Source: Tubiluchus corallicola (taxonomy: Eukaryota; Animalia; Priapulida). From it: DNA of 64,000 nt. Position numbers and translations under genes: made by a program. The notes below the pieces were generated by a model. It was not told where the DNA came from and made no database searches. It worked only from the letters and a program-made list of their open reading frames with translations. The stretch spans positions 124,001 through 188,000 of the forward strand of contig JAQGDQ010000093.1 in NCBI GenBank assembly GCA_030141605.1. Direction: 5' to 3'. This document shows positions 1 to 12,300 of this stretch, piece by piece. Within the stretch, counting starts at the first letter, position 1. The number at the start of each line of letters is the position of its first letter.

Positions 1-209
1 AAAAGAGTGTGTCAGCTCGCGCTTAATGTTACTGAGTAACTCACAGCAGTTCTTGTTGAGTTACTTGGCGAGAAAACGTGCTAGTGTGAACATGCCATTA
101 GAAGCAGCATGCCAGTACAAACTTACCGAACAGCACAAATTATTAAGCTGAATATAACAAAGCTGCTCCACATGGGAAGGCGGGGGCTGGAGGTTTAAGC
201 ATTACATAC

Positions 210-308
210 CTCCACAGTCCTGTTCAAGCATCCACACTCCACTATATTAGCCAGCTCGTCCATGAACAAAGCAAAAATTTCTGGAAAGCTTTCACATCCT
301 TGCCGTGC
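210..308 (-). CDS. FANCD2: FANCD2 coding exon 17
   Basis: ARQGCESFPEIFALFMDELANIVECGCLNRTVE; GTATGT donor. Confidence 0.88.
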
Positions 309-3300
309 CTAAAACGTAAAATACACACATCCCTTACTAGGCGAAATTGTTGATGTGGTCATGAGAAATGAGCCTAAATGAGCCTAAAGCGTATGATGCA
401 TCAAAGTATTCAATATCTGGCTTCCAGCATTCAGTTCCTGGCATTCAGTAAGTTAACAACAAAACATCTGGCGTCAAACCTCCATTTTTGCAATACTTTC
501 TTTTTTTATTGATTTGTATAATAATTTGCAGGCCTGCCCATCATTGGCTAGTTGAAGAACAGACGCTGAACGCTAGACCATCAAAAACAGGGAGAGTTTC
601 CAGAGTGTGGCTGTGAACATCTGCAGCAAAAGTATTTGGTTTCATCACCCATTGACAATATATAATATTAATAAAAATAATGTTTAATACCTTCTAATTT
701 AAAGTTGGCATTTGCATTAACAATTAACATAAGCTCCAAAGAGCTTTTTGCCGGCTGTAAATAACAATTGTTCACCTACATAAGAAAGCCTATTATTACC
801 TCACTTTTACCCTAAATATCACGCGCCAGGCAGGGCAACGGCAGGTACCATTTTTAAAATCTTTGGTATAACCCAGTTGCTGAACTGAACTCACGATCTC
901 ACAGATGGAAAGCGGATGTGTTACCACTAGACTAAGCCGTCTGGTCATTCTTTTTTCCTTTCACACACTGGACATAGACGCCAGACACTTTGGTGTATCA
1001 TATACTTCACAAGTTAACAAGAGAGACTACAAGAAATTCCTCGTGAAATTCAAATCACAAATGTAGACAATAATATTAATGTGATGTGGGCTTGCATAGG
1101 AAAATCGTCCGTAAGTCTGCAATTAAGCAGTCTGCAATAGCCACCCAAGTGACCTAGCTACCAGGGGTAGTAATTTACGAGGTCAAAATGCGATTTTGTA
1201 GAACATCAAATTAAATTAAAAATGCAAAAGACAAGTGAATTTTAACTCTTCATCATCAGCCTAGTTTATGAATGTAAACAAATAATGTGCACGGCTGTTA
1301 GGCTAGTGATTCCCCACATTACCATATTGGACCATCACAGATACAATCTACACGAGTTCAGGGAGTCATGACTGAAAAGACTGAGAATCATTAGGAATAA
1401 GTGAAAGATGTACACAGCGGTCTGCTGCAAGGTGTGAAAATGTTAATAAGTTCAAGTTCTAAACATGTGCATACTTGATCAAGCAATGAAGATACAGTTT
1501 TCAACTGCTGAGCGGACATCTGCGATGTGTTGTTACTTCCAGACTTGGCTTTGCCTCTGAAACAAAGACATGTACAAATATAAAGTTCAAAATGATTATT
1601 AGTTACTAAACAAAATAAGTGGCCTATTACATGCAAATCGTTGCAAACCAGGCAAATAAGCCAACTAGATATAGATCCACTCGAGCAGATGGATCAATTT
1701 GTGCTGTCTGGTAAAAATAATTCTTATACTAACCCTTTCACTACGTGGTTGCTTTTTAACTGTGCCACATTGACTTTTGCACATTTGACAATAATTTCTT
1801 GTGGTGTGTTACCAAAACAGAATCTTGTAAATAAACAAATAATTGTTCGTTATTAAGTAGTAATATTAACTATTAGTTTTATTTTTACACATGCACACAC
1901 ACATACGAGCACACATACATGAATTCACGCACACGCACACACGTGCACACAATCATTAATAAGCATGTACTTATATTTAGTTTTCACAACAGACACAATA
2001 TTAATCCATAATATGCAATCTTTTTATAAGAATGCAGAACAGTCAACTAAACATAAGTTTCATCAACGATCTACAAGTGATTTTGAATGGGAATATACCA
2101 TACAGTACCATATCATACAATACAGATGCTGACTGGCTGCTTAGTGATACCTGTTGCAAGGCAACCACTATCCCACGGCTGTTGAACTTTTCTACAATGT
2201 TTTGCATGTCTGTAGCAGTGAAATAAACAGACCTGGGTAACTGCGCTTAGTGCTGAGCTTGAGCGGCAGTCTACCACCTTCTGTCCCTTGCATGAAAAAA
2301 ATAGGCGGCAGTGTGTCGCCTTTCGTAGTGAAAGGGTTAAATGCAGCAAAAATGAAACATGTCTTGTAGCAGAATAGCCACACACTAACTGTCTTACTTT
2401 GGCTTTAATGGAATTTTTAATTTATACACGAAACAAATTCCATCCTCAACCTTAGCTTTTTTTCAGAAAATGTACCTACAGAATACTCTTTCAAATCAAG
2501 ATAATCTGTAAACATCGTACCTGTCATAAGCCAGACTTTTGATGACCATGATCGCACCTATCACCCCCATTCTTTTGTACCTGTAATGCAAAACATGAAA
2601 ATAAACATTTAGAAATCCGAAATTTGTGCAATCACATGACACCTAGAGACAACCTCTGGAGTAGAAGGACCTTACTTGAGGTGAAACACTCAAGTTGACA
2701 AAAATGATCCATAATTTTTTATGTATTTCTGTTTCCGTCTAATCGCCCAGCTCATTTTTTTTTATCGCGCACCCGGCCGGGAATTTTATTTTATTTTTTT
2801 TGTAAAAATTTGAAGCATTACTGCTAACCAGTAGAAAATGAAGAAAAACTTTGATTTCAACTAATTTTAAACATTTCACAATTCAGCTTTAAACAAGAAT
2901 TTAAAAAAAATTCCTCCTTCCCTACTGACACAATTTGAGCTCATGAGGTAAGACAGAAACAAATTTCTTTGTGGCCGGCCTCAACTGTCACACTCTTAAC
3001 TCAAAAGCGTTACAATAATGTGAATCTTAAGGACTAGATGGCGCCACGAAGCAATGTCCTGAAGAAGCCACAATATTTGTGTGACTATTAGCAGAAATGG
3101 GAAGATTTTGTTGCCGGCAATGCAGAAACAACGACTGTTTTTCCAGAAACATTTGCATCGCCAAACTTGCACGCCGAAGAACAAGAAAAATGAACTAGGT
3201 AAGGTTCTATAACTAGCATTCGTTCCTGTTAATCAATGAGTTTAATCAAAGAATCAGATAATGAAGATGAGCAACATTTTTAATGAAATTAGATAAATAT

Positions 3301-6300
3301 GAAATTGACAGAAGGATAGCTTTCACTAAAATCTCAAGCATATGTCCCGATTTTACTAATATGAATAATGTTGACAAATATTTGTTTTTGGCAAGGAGCA
3401 AAGATCTAGAAATACTAACATTGTTTGTAACCTAATAAATAAATGTTTTGTAAATAGAAAGTAGCTATAGAATTTTGTATTTTCTGGATTGTTAACTTTG
3501 TTATCAATTTTAGTGTGTTGAATGTGTATGTGAAGCTGATGACGTACATCAGTGTTTGATGTTTTTTTTTGTTTGGTGATGGTCTACGTACCAGCTTGTT
3601 CATACGTTTATTTTGTCTGGTATTTTGTAATTAACGACTGTATAATTTTGTTAATGTACTTTCACCCAATAAAATATAAATGATTACAGCATTATTCAAC
3701 CGGTGTATTTTTAGGCAAGTAATCGCATTTTATGCACAAAATATGGATAAGAATGTCCTCACTAATGGATTACATGACACACAAACCCTAAACAAAATCT
3801 TGCATACTTGAGTTCGTTATTGAACAGCTGCTTCCGCAAGATGATATGAAGATCATTCTCCACTTGACCGCCATTCTCTGGGTTACGAAAAGCGAGAATG
3901 CTGAGCACCGTGTAGAGTTTCTTTATCTGAACGATGGTCAAGTTGTCCACGTAGTCCAGCAAACTCTGTAATGTCGAAAATGGAATGTGTTTAATTAATA
4001 ATATCTGATATTCTCTTTATTTTAGATAATGTTTAAATAGCTGAGTAGTCACCGGGTGGCTGAGCAAATAAGGTTAAACAATGCAAAGTCTGCTAGGTGG
4101 ATGGATAGATGAAGATGGAGAAAATACCTTCTAGAGAGTTTCACCTGCCATCCATAACACCCTAAGCTAATTAACCTGTTGAGGGATGATGTAAATGCTG
4201 AATATGGCCAAGACACTCCTGCTAGTTCAGTGCCTCTGCTACATTCAAATTGCACCACAGACATTTACATAAGTTGCAGTCCTACCGTCAAGTATTGCAC
4301 ACTAGATTGTGCAGATTTTGTAAAAAAACTAACATGTGTGCTTGGATAGCAAAAATGTCCATAAGTACGCAATTAAGTTTTTTTAGTTATTCACATATCC
4401 TGAATCTTCATTTCATGAGGATCATTTCGATACCAACTCATTGCTCTAAGCTGAGATAATCTGCATTGAAGTTGAGGTGCACTGAAAAACATAACCTTGA
4501 GAAAATTACTGTTAAAGTTTGCCATTGTTTTTTATATAAAAACGCTTAGCAACCATACAAATGTTGATTGCTACGGACTTTACAAGTGTTCTTTGAAATT
4601 ATGTTTAAATCCAGTAGACGGCTCTTATTGACGAAGATCTGGACTTTGCAACAGAAAAAACCGCAAGCAAAATGACTGCTTCTACGAGATAGTATCAGAG
4701 TTTCACGATTGCGTTACAAGTTGTTGGCCACAGAAGCAGGTACAGGGGTTATAAAGTTTAGTATTTCTTAAACATTTTCTTGACGATTTGATGCTAGAAT
4801 ATAATTGTCCATATATTTCGCGCTTGTTTCCAAAAAAGTGACATTTGACCAAATTTTTGGTGCATTCTACTCTGAAACATTCTATTTTAGCAAAATGTTT
4901 AATGAGGGTTTTAGAATTTTGCCTTTAAGCTAATGAAACTTGTCTGGCACCATCAACTAAACATGTAGACGTAATTTTTTTGGCTGCAGCATTACCGCTA
5001 TAAAAACTGGAAACCGGTTTGTCTTTTCAAAATGGTTTTCACTCAGGTCACACAGTAAATCAAGAGACGAATCGATTTCAGTGAAAGAGCCGCTTCCTAT
5101 ATGGGTTACCAGAGATCCGATGATTTCCTGAAAATAAAAGAGCATTGAAGGCAACTTCGTAGAGAGGAGAACCATCATAGCAACTGTCACTGGCATGAAG
5201 GTTAGATACCTAGGTACAATAAGTCCTCACTTAATGACGCTAATGTGTTCCAACAAAATGCGACGTTAAGCGAAACGTCGTTAAACGAAGAGTTTCATAG
5301 AAAGTAATGTAAAAATGTCCAAAGGCAAAAGTCAATGCTGCTTAAATCATATGAGTTTTACTCATATTTCTACTGATTAATGTGTTTCTTTTTGCCTGAA
5401 ACCAACTATATATTTTACTTACTAATACTTAGCTACAGCAGTTTCTCTTTTGTTAATGTTCAAGTCTAGTCAGCCTTGAACAATAAACACTGCCGAGTGA
5501 AACCCTGCAGCAAACTTTGGGAATTTTACCTACATACTTAATCTGGTTGCTGCAGCAACAGGTTGCAGGCAAAATTTCTCGCTGGTCACTTGATACACAA
5601 ACCGCTAGTAATACAGTGATAGAGTCAGCAGTCAGTCGGGAAGCAAAAACATGTATAAGAATTACGCTGTTTACATTACTAGTGCGTTTTTAGAACAGAA
5701 TAACGCAATAGATGCTGTTTTAATGCATCAAATTTGCTAAATATTTTGTCAATCAAATAAAAATTTGCTTTGAGCAAAGTAAAAAAATCGTCGTTAAAGT
5801 GAAACGTGCGTCTTTAAGTGAAAAAAGGTTTCAAATGATCCGAGTTGTTAAAACAAAACGTCGTTAAATGGGGAATCGTTTAGTGAGGCTTACTGTATTT
5901 CCTTGGTCTAATGAATGCAAAATAGTAGCCCTAAACTGAGTGCAAGTGGCTTGTAAATAACAAGTGATTATTCATTTTTGCTTATTTTGATGCACAAATT
6001 TGCCAGATTACATTCAAAATCAATTGAGTGCAGCAAGCCTGCATTACCAAAAAATACAAAAGTGGATAAAGAAATTTGCAAAGAATCTGTATTTTTTAAC
6101 ACACAGCATCTAAGATTTTTCGTATACTACCTCATTTTCAACTTTGATAAAAAGTACACATTTTAACACAATTAATACTGCAAAAGTGTTTCTGTTAATT
6201 AAATAATAGATTAAAAACTTAATTAACGGCGGGCGAGCCCAACTGTTGATGACATCACAAACGAACATAATTTTCAACAGCACAAATATTGCACGAGCGC

Positions 6301-9300
6301 GTAGCACGTGTTTGCGAAAACGAAAATTGAAGTACAGTGCTACTGTAAGATACTCAGTGTGTTGTAGTAAAACTAGGCAAGTTTAAAGATAAAAATTCAA
6401 ATTTCAAATTTACCGCTGTGCTCACGCATGAGCTTTAAAACGTGTGTAGTTCGTCATAAACTAACACATCTGAATTGAGAAGTACAATACCTGTTTTTGT
6501 GTAATGCGTTTCCGAAATGCAGGCACTAATGCCAGTCTAACTGGCAAATGGCAAAATGTATGTAACAGCAAGGAACTAGTGGAGCGAATGTGAAATTGTT
6601 TGTGTGTTAAGAATTGTTTCACGTAAGTCATTTTTGAAAAAAATAGTATGTTTCTTTTCAACATTTTAAAAAGTAGATTGTTTTGACTTACAGTTTAAGA
6701 TTGGGTCCGGTTTTGCTTTAATCTTCTTGAATTAAGGGGGCTATAGTTTTCAAGGAGACAATTTCTCGGCAGAAAAATTCCACAGATAAAAGCCCCGGGA
6801 AAAACGGGATTTATAAGCAGTTGATATGCTTTAAACACTCTTGCATCTTACCTGCTGACAATAGGTATCGAAACACAGAAAAGCTTGTTTGTACATGCTG
6901 TATGCAAAATGGCTGACCATCGGCTCCGTGGAGCGAAAGAGTGCCACTGCTAGAGTAAGAATAGAGGAAAAATATTCCCGCGCGACCTGCAATTAAAGCA
7001 TTAATTAGTGTGTAACAGCGCAGGTAGAGTTTTAACTCAGGAACCAGTTTGCCTGTGTTAACCAACACCAGCTCTGACTAAACTATAGCGTTCAGTGGTT
7101 AAACTATATGAAATTATATACTAGAACATATAGTGGAGGGGAGTCCTGTCAAAGTTTCTGGTTTCTTGTCAAAAATTGGATGCAGCTAACCTGAGCATGA
7201 TCATTGTTTTCTTATTTTATGTTTTCTTTTGACTTATTCTTTCCTTCTGGTTTTATTCTACTAACTGCACCATAGCGTTTCTTTATTCTCCTCCTATCTC
7301 ATCATCTTCATTCTTCATTCTTTATTTCACATTTCATGGTGGCTTAACAAGGTCCCCTTCACAGCTACCGTGCAGCAAATTCAACGCTTTAATAAAATAT
7401 GTTTAAGAAGTCAAAATTTATTTTTTTGTTGTTTTTTTCAAATAAACAAAAAAAGTTGTACAAGCATAAGTTATACTATTGTATTTTGTTTGCTGGTGAA
7501 ATAAACTGAATTTATATTTGAATTTGAGTTTGAAAGAACTTTTCATACAAAGTTATATGAGATACCATATAATATCATTTAATATATAATATAGTATATT
7601 ATACCATATAATATAGTTTCCTACTATCAAGTATTGCACACTAGATTGAGCAAATTGCATAAAAAACTAATATATGTGCTTGCATAGCAAAAATGTCCAT
7701 AAGCCGGTAATTAAGGTTTACTAGTTATTCATATCCCGAATCTCCATTTCAAGAGGATCATTTTACACCAAGTTCATCACTCTATGTTATTTCTAAGCTG
7801 AGATAATCCACATTGAAGTTGAGGTACAGGCTACGCACTGAAAAACAATCTTGAGAAAATCGCCGTTAAAGTTAGTCATTGTTTTTGTCGTGTTTCTACA
7901 AAACACTTAGCAACCGCACAAATGTTGATTGCTATGGACTTTGCAAGAGATTGAAGTTATATTTAAATCCAATAGATGGCTCTTCCTGACGAAAATTTGG
8001 GCTTGGCAACAGAAAAAACCTGAAGCAAAATGATTGCCTCCACGAGTTACTATCAGAGTTCGAAAATGCGAGTTTTTTTGCAATTGCAGTGCTAGTTTCT
8101 AGCCAAAAAATTGGTAACATAAAATTGACATTTGACCAATTTTTTGGTGCATTCTTCTTTGAAGCAACATAATGTAGTTTTAACTATGCTAACTTATGGT
8201 CGGTTTCTGTTTACAAGCACACATATTACTTACTATTATGCTTACCTCTTTTAAAGACTTATGTAATTCGAAAAAGAAAATTCTCAATAATTTAAAGTGT
8301 TCATACCATCTGGCAAAATGTCATTTTTTCACTATCCCAGTGTGCACCACTGGCTCACCAAAAACACGTTATTAGTCTTACTGACAATATAAAGCAATTT
8401 AAACTTTTGCTTAGTTAGTGATGTGTGTGCTACACGAATGCTCAGAATTTTTTCCAAACTTTATGCAATGTTATCTAGACTTGTTTTAGATGACTTAATG
8501 TTAAAATGGCTGCACCTAACGGTCATCGTGGGTGTTCAAATTTTCTAGTTTCATACTGCATTAGTGTTAATACAAGTTTTGTATAAAATAAGACAGCATG
8601 TAAGTGATACAAGATTTACTGACGAATTTTCAAGCTTTATTTATTAAGAGTGTTTTCTTGTGCTTTAAGACTATATTTTTCTTTCTAAACATTTAAATGA
8701 TCAGAATTTTTTCAATTGCATATTTCAAACAGGTAAGCGTAGCAGTAAGTAATATAACTTTGTATGAAAAGTTCATTGGGATATACTTTAAAAATTCCCT
8801 TTTCAGCTTTGTGCCTAATCACGGTAGAAGTACTAAATATGGGACGAAATTATAGGCATCGTTATTGCATTAAAAATGTATGAAAAGTAATAAACATGAG
8901 AAAATAAATATTTACACCAACGTTACTGTAAAAATCACTTTTGAAGTTGTTATTGAGTTACTTTGAAATGCTTGAGTTTAGACACACACAGAAAATCATG
9001 GATAAGAACCAAACAGTTACAATAAATCTTTGCATTTTACACGATGGAAAAGTGTTTATCTTACTACAGAAACATGAGTAGAAAAACTGCTGCATTGAAC
9101 ATTTAGCAAAACTAGAATCAAAACCAGTCAGTAAAACCTGTTTCACAGCCTGAATTCAGGTATTGAACTTATATTATGCAACTTGCACAGGCTTCACAAT
9201 AACCATTAGTTTAAAATAGGGAGAGGACCAGTATGTATGCAGTCACTGGACCATACAATTATACTGAAGGTAAGTCAGTTAGTAGAATGTAACAAGATTA

Positions 9301-12300
9301 GCATCTAGATGGCAGCACCTTGCTACACTATACAACTATCAACTTCCACTGTTACATTAGACTATATACATAAAAGGTGATGAACGTGGAAATTCACTAT
9401 TTGCATGAACATTACATTAAAAATCTTTGCCCAAATCTTTCACATATTAAACAAGCTACAACGTCGATGTAACACAAAGCAAGTCAACATTGTAAAAGCT
9501 GAAAATTAGACTATGTATTGATTTGTGCTGTCCTCTAGTTTGCATAAGCAGCAGTCAGTGAAAAATACGTCAGTTTCCAATTAACCTTATGTAGGCATAC
9601 AGCAGTACAATAGCTGCTCGCTCAAGCGGAAAGGTTGCGCGAACGAAAGGCATGGCGATTCTGTGCTCCATCACTCTCTTTTACAAAGTCAATAATTTGT
9701 TTTTTGTGCTTCTCTGAGTTGAATGAATAGAGTGTAACAGAAACAACTGCACTAACTGGCACCTGCGATTGGGATGCCAGACTGTTTGTTGTTTACCTTG
9801 TTGCTGCATGGTGAAAGTCAAAGAAATAATCGAATGTTCTTTTGCGACTATCATTTAAGCTCAGCAAGAAAAGCAAACATCACAAGTTTTTCGTCTATGG
9901 CCGACTGAGGAAGGTTAAACAGATTGATTTAAACTAATTATGCTAGCCTTTTGCGGTGAGTTCAGACTAGAAAGTTTTTCACTCAAGTGTGAACGACTTG
10001 GCAAGTTCTTACTCAAGTTCTCTCTGAGAGTAAACTCGCAGGTGTGAATGACTTGACAAGATCTTACTCAAATTATCTCTGAGAGTAAACTTGCAGATGT
10101 GAACGACTTGGCAAGTTCTCTCGCGTGTGAATGACTTGGCAAGTTCTTTCTGAGAATAAACCGCAAACGTGAACGACTTGGCAAGTTCTCTCGCATGTGA
10201 ACAACTTGGCAAGTTCTTACTCAAGTACTTTCTGAGAGTAAACTTGCAGGTGTGAACGACTCGGCAAGTTCTCTTGCGTGTGAACGACTTGGCAAGTTCT
10301 CTCGCAAGTTATTGCACACTCTCAGAGAGTTGCTGATACTTAAGTTGCGCAAGAACTTGTGAGAGAACTCTCTAGGCTAAACGCGCCGTTACTTTGGGAT
10401 TACAGTTACAATGACGACATGCTAGCTTTGTATTTCGATTATACTTGCTAGCCACCACCCAAAGCAAAATGTCTCAAAGGAAAACCGGATGATTGTGTAA
10501 ACATACGTTCAGAGAATGCTCTAAAATATTGAAAACTGCAATAGCTCATTTTAAATTAAATCTTAGATTAAATAATAATTACCTCGGATACTCAAATTTC
10601 GTTAATTTTTCAAAGCTACGCACGGTACCGCCTTCTATTTGTAGGCCACTCGAATGTGACAAAAAGGCGCCGCTAGCCCATTTTTCGTGACATCATGCGT
10701 TTAAGCAGTACTGCAGCACCTATGCAAATGTGCTTGACGCGCAAGGGATGCCTACCATCACACAAACTGTGGTTAGCTTCTGGCATAAGCAATAGCTGCA
10801 TTCGGTTGCCGTTAATTAACATTCTAAGCTAATTATTCAAATGTAAGGAACAATTGTTAACTTTTATAGGCAAGAAAATGTATATTTTGGACAGTAAATT
10901 AAAACAAGATTGAGTCTAAATAATTGTCCCGTTTTCCTTTAATTTTCCAAGCAGGCTGTGAAGGAGCTTCTAAATCCAATATTTTTCCAGTTAAATACAA
11001 GAATGCAGCTTTGATAATGATGATGACAGGAGAACTTCAAAAAACTCGTTAAGTTTGCGTGCCGCAACTTGTGAGCACTGTGGCAGAAATCACTTTTTTG
11101 ACACTCATACCACTTTAATGCCATTTCGAAAAACATTTGTATCATTTGCTAGGCAACAGATGGTACAGAGAGTCGAAAATCGTTAAAGAAAACCGAAATC
11201 AAAGTCGCGTTTGTGAAAAAATGACAGGAGAAAACGGGACAGAAAATGTTGACGTTAATTCGTCCAAGGAAAATATGGATTTAAATTCATCCATCTTTCA
11301 ACCACTAGAGTACCCCAAGACAATATCCACCGTGATGACAATCATTGGTGTAGCGCTGTGCACTGCAGCAATTGTTTCAAACCTTGCCATCATTGTTGCC
11401 ATGGTGAAGTACGGTCGCCGCAAAGATGTCGGAAACAACATTGCAACGTTGCTGGCGGTGACCAATTTGTTAGTCGGTATCAACGAGATCATCTGGGAGG
11501 CAACTCATCACACGAAGGTGTGGTTGGGGGTATGCGTCGGACGGATCATATACCAGACATTGACAATGATGAGTTTCGTCGTAATGTGTGGACTTGCGGC
11601 GGAGCGATACGTAGCAGTGGTGCACCCGATTTGGCACAGAAATTCGCTAAATATGCAGAAAGTGCTGGCATCTGCTGTCATAATGGGAATTTACTCGACG
11701 TGCGCTTGCGTTCCGACTGTGGTCGAGCTATCACTCGGTCAAAAGTGTGTATACCCCTATCACAAAGTATATGGCAAAGTTATGTACTTGGGCATGATAT
11801 TTTTGCCATTTGCTTTAGTAACACTAGCTTACGTAAGGATAGCGAAACGGCTGTCCAAACGGCTAAACCGACACGATGCGGGCACCGGCGAAAGCGCGAA
11901 AGTTACGCGGGCCGTAGGAAAAATCCTGGTGGTGTTTTTCTGCATGTGGGTGGTGGCGTTAGTGTTCTATTACGTCAGCTGGAATTGTCGTCATTGTGTT
12001 GGAGACTGGCTGATATGGCTAGCAGCTAACATCCTATACATAAACACGCTGCTCAATCCGATAATGTATGTGAACAGTTCAGAAGCGAACAAGAAAGCGA
12101 TGAAAAGACTAATGCGGAAGGTCAAACGAACTAATCAGGTCACAAGCAGAGATGCCGGACAGAGTTACTCTGTGTCGGTGTTTAAAATCTAGCTGCTGAT
12201 TCACTGACACTTTAGCCGTTTCAACAACACCTCTGGCTTTGTTTGTTGTAAGTAAAGAAAAATATAAATGGTTATAATCTGTGTCCGTAGTATGGAAACT

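Noticed and set aside
11137-11220. N-terminal extension of the GPCR from the ORF track
   Set aside because: Starts at TTG; the first in-frame ATG is at 11221 in good context and is followed by typical glycosylation sequons.
11358-12029. 223-aa overlapping ORF within the GPCR
   Set aside because: Alternate frame with a non-ATG start and no recognisable domain; shadow of the GC-richer coding sequence.
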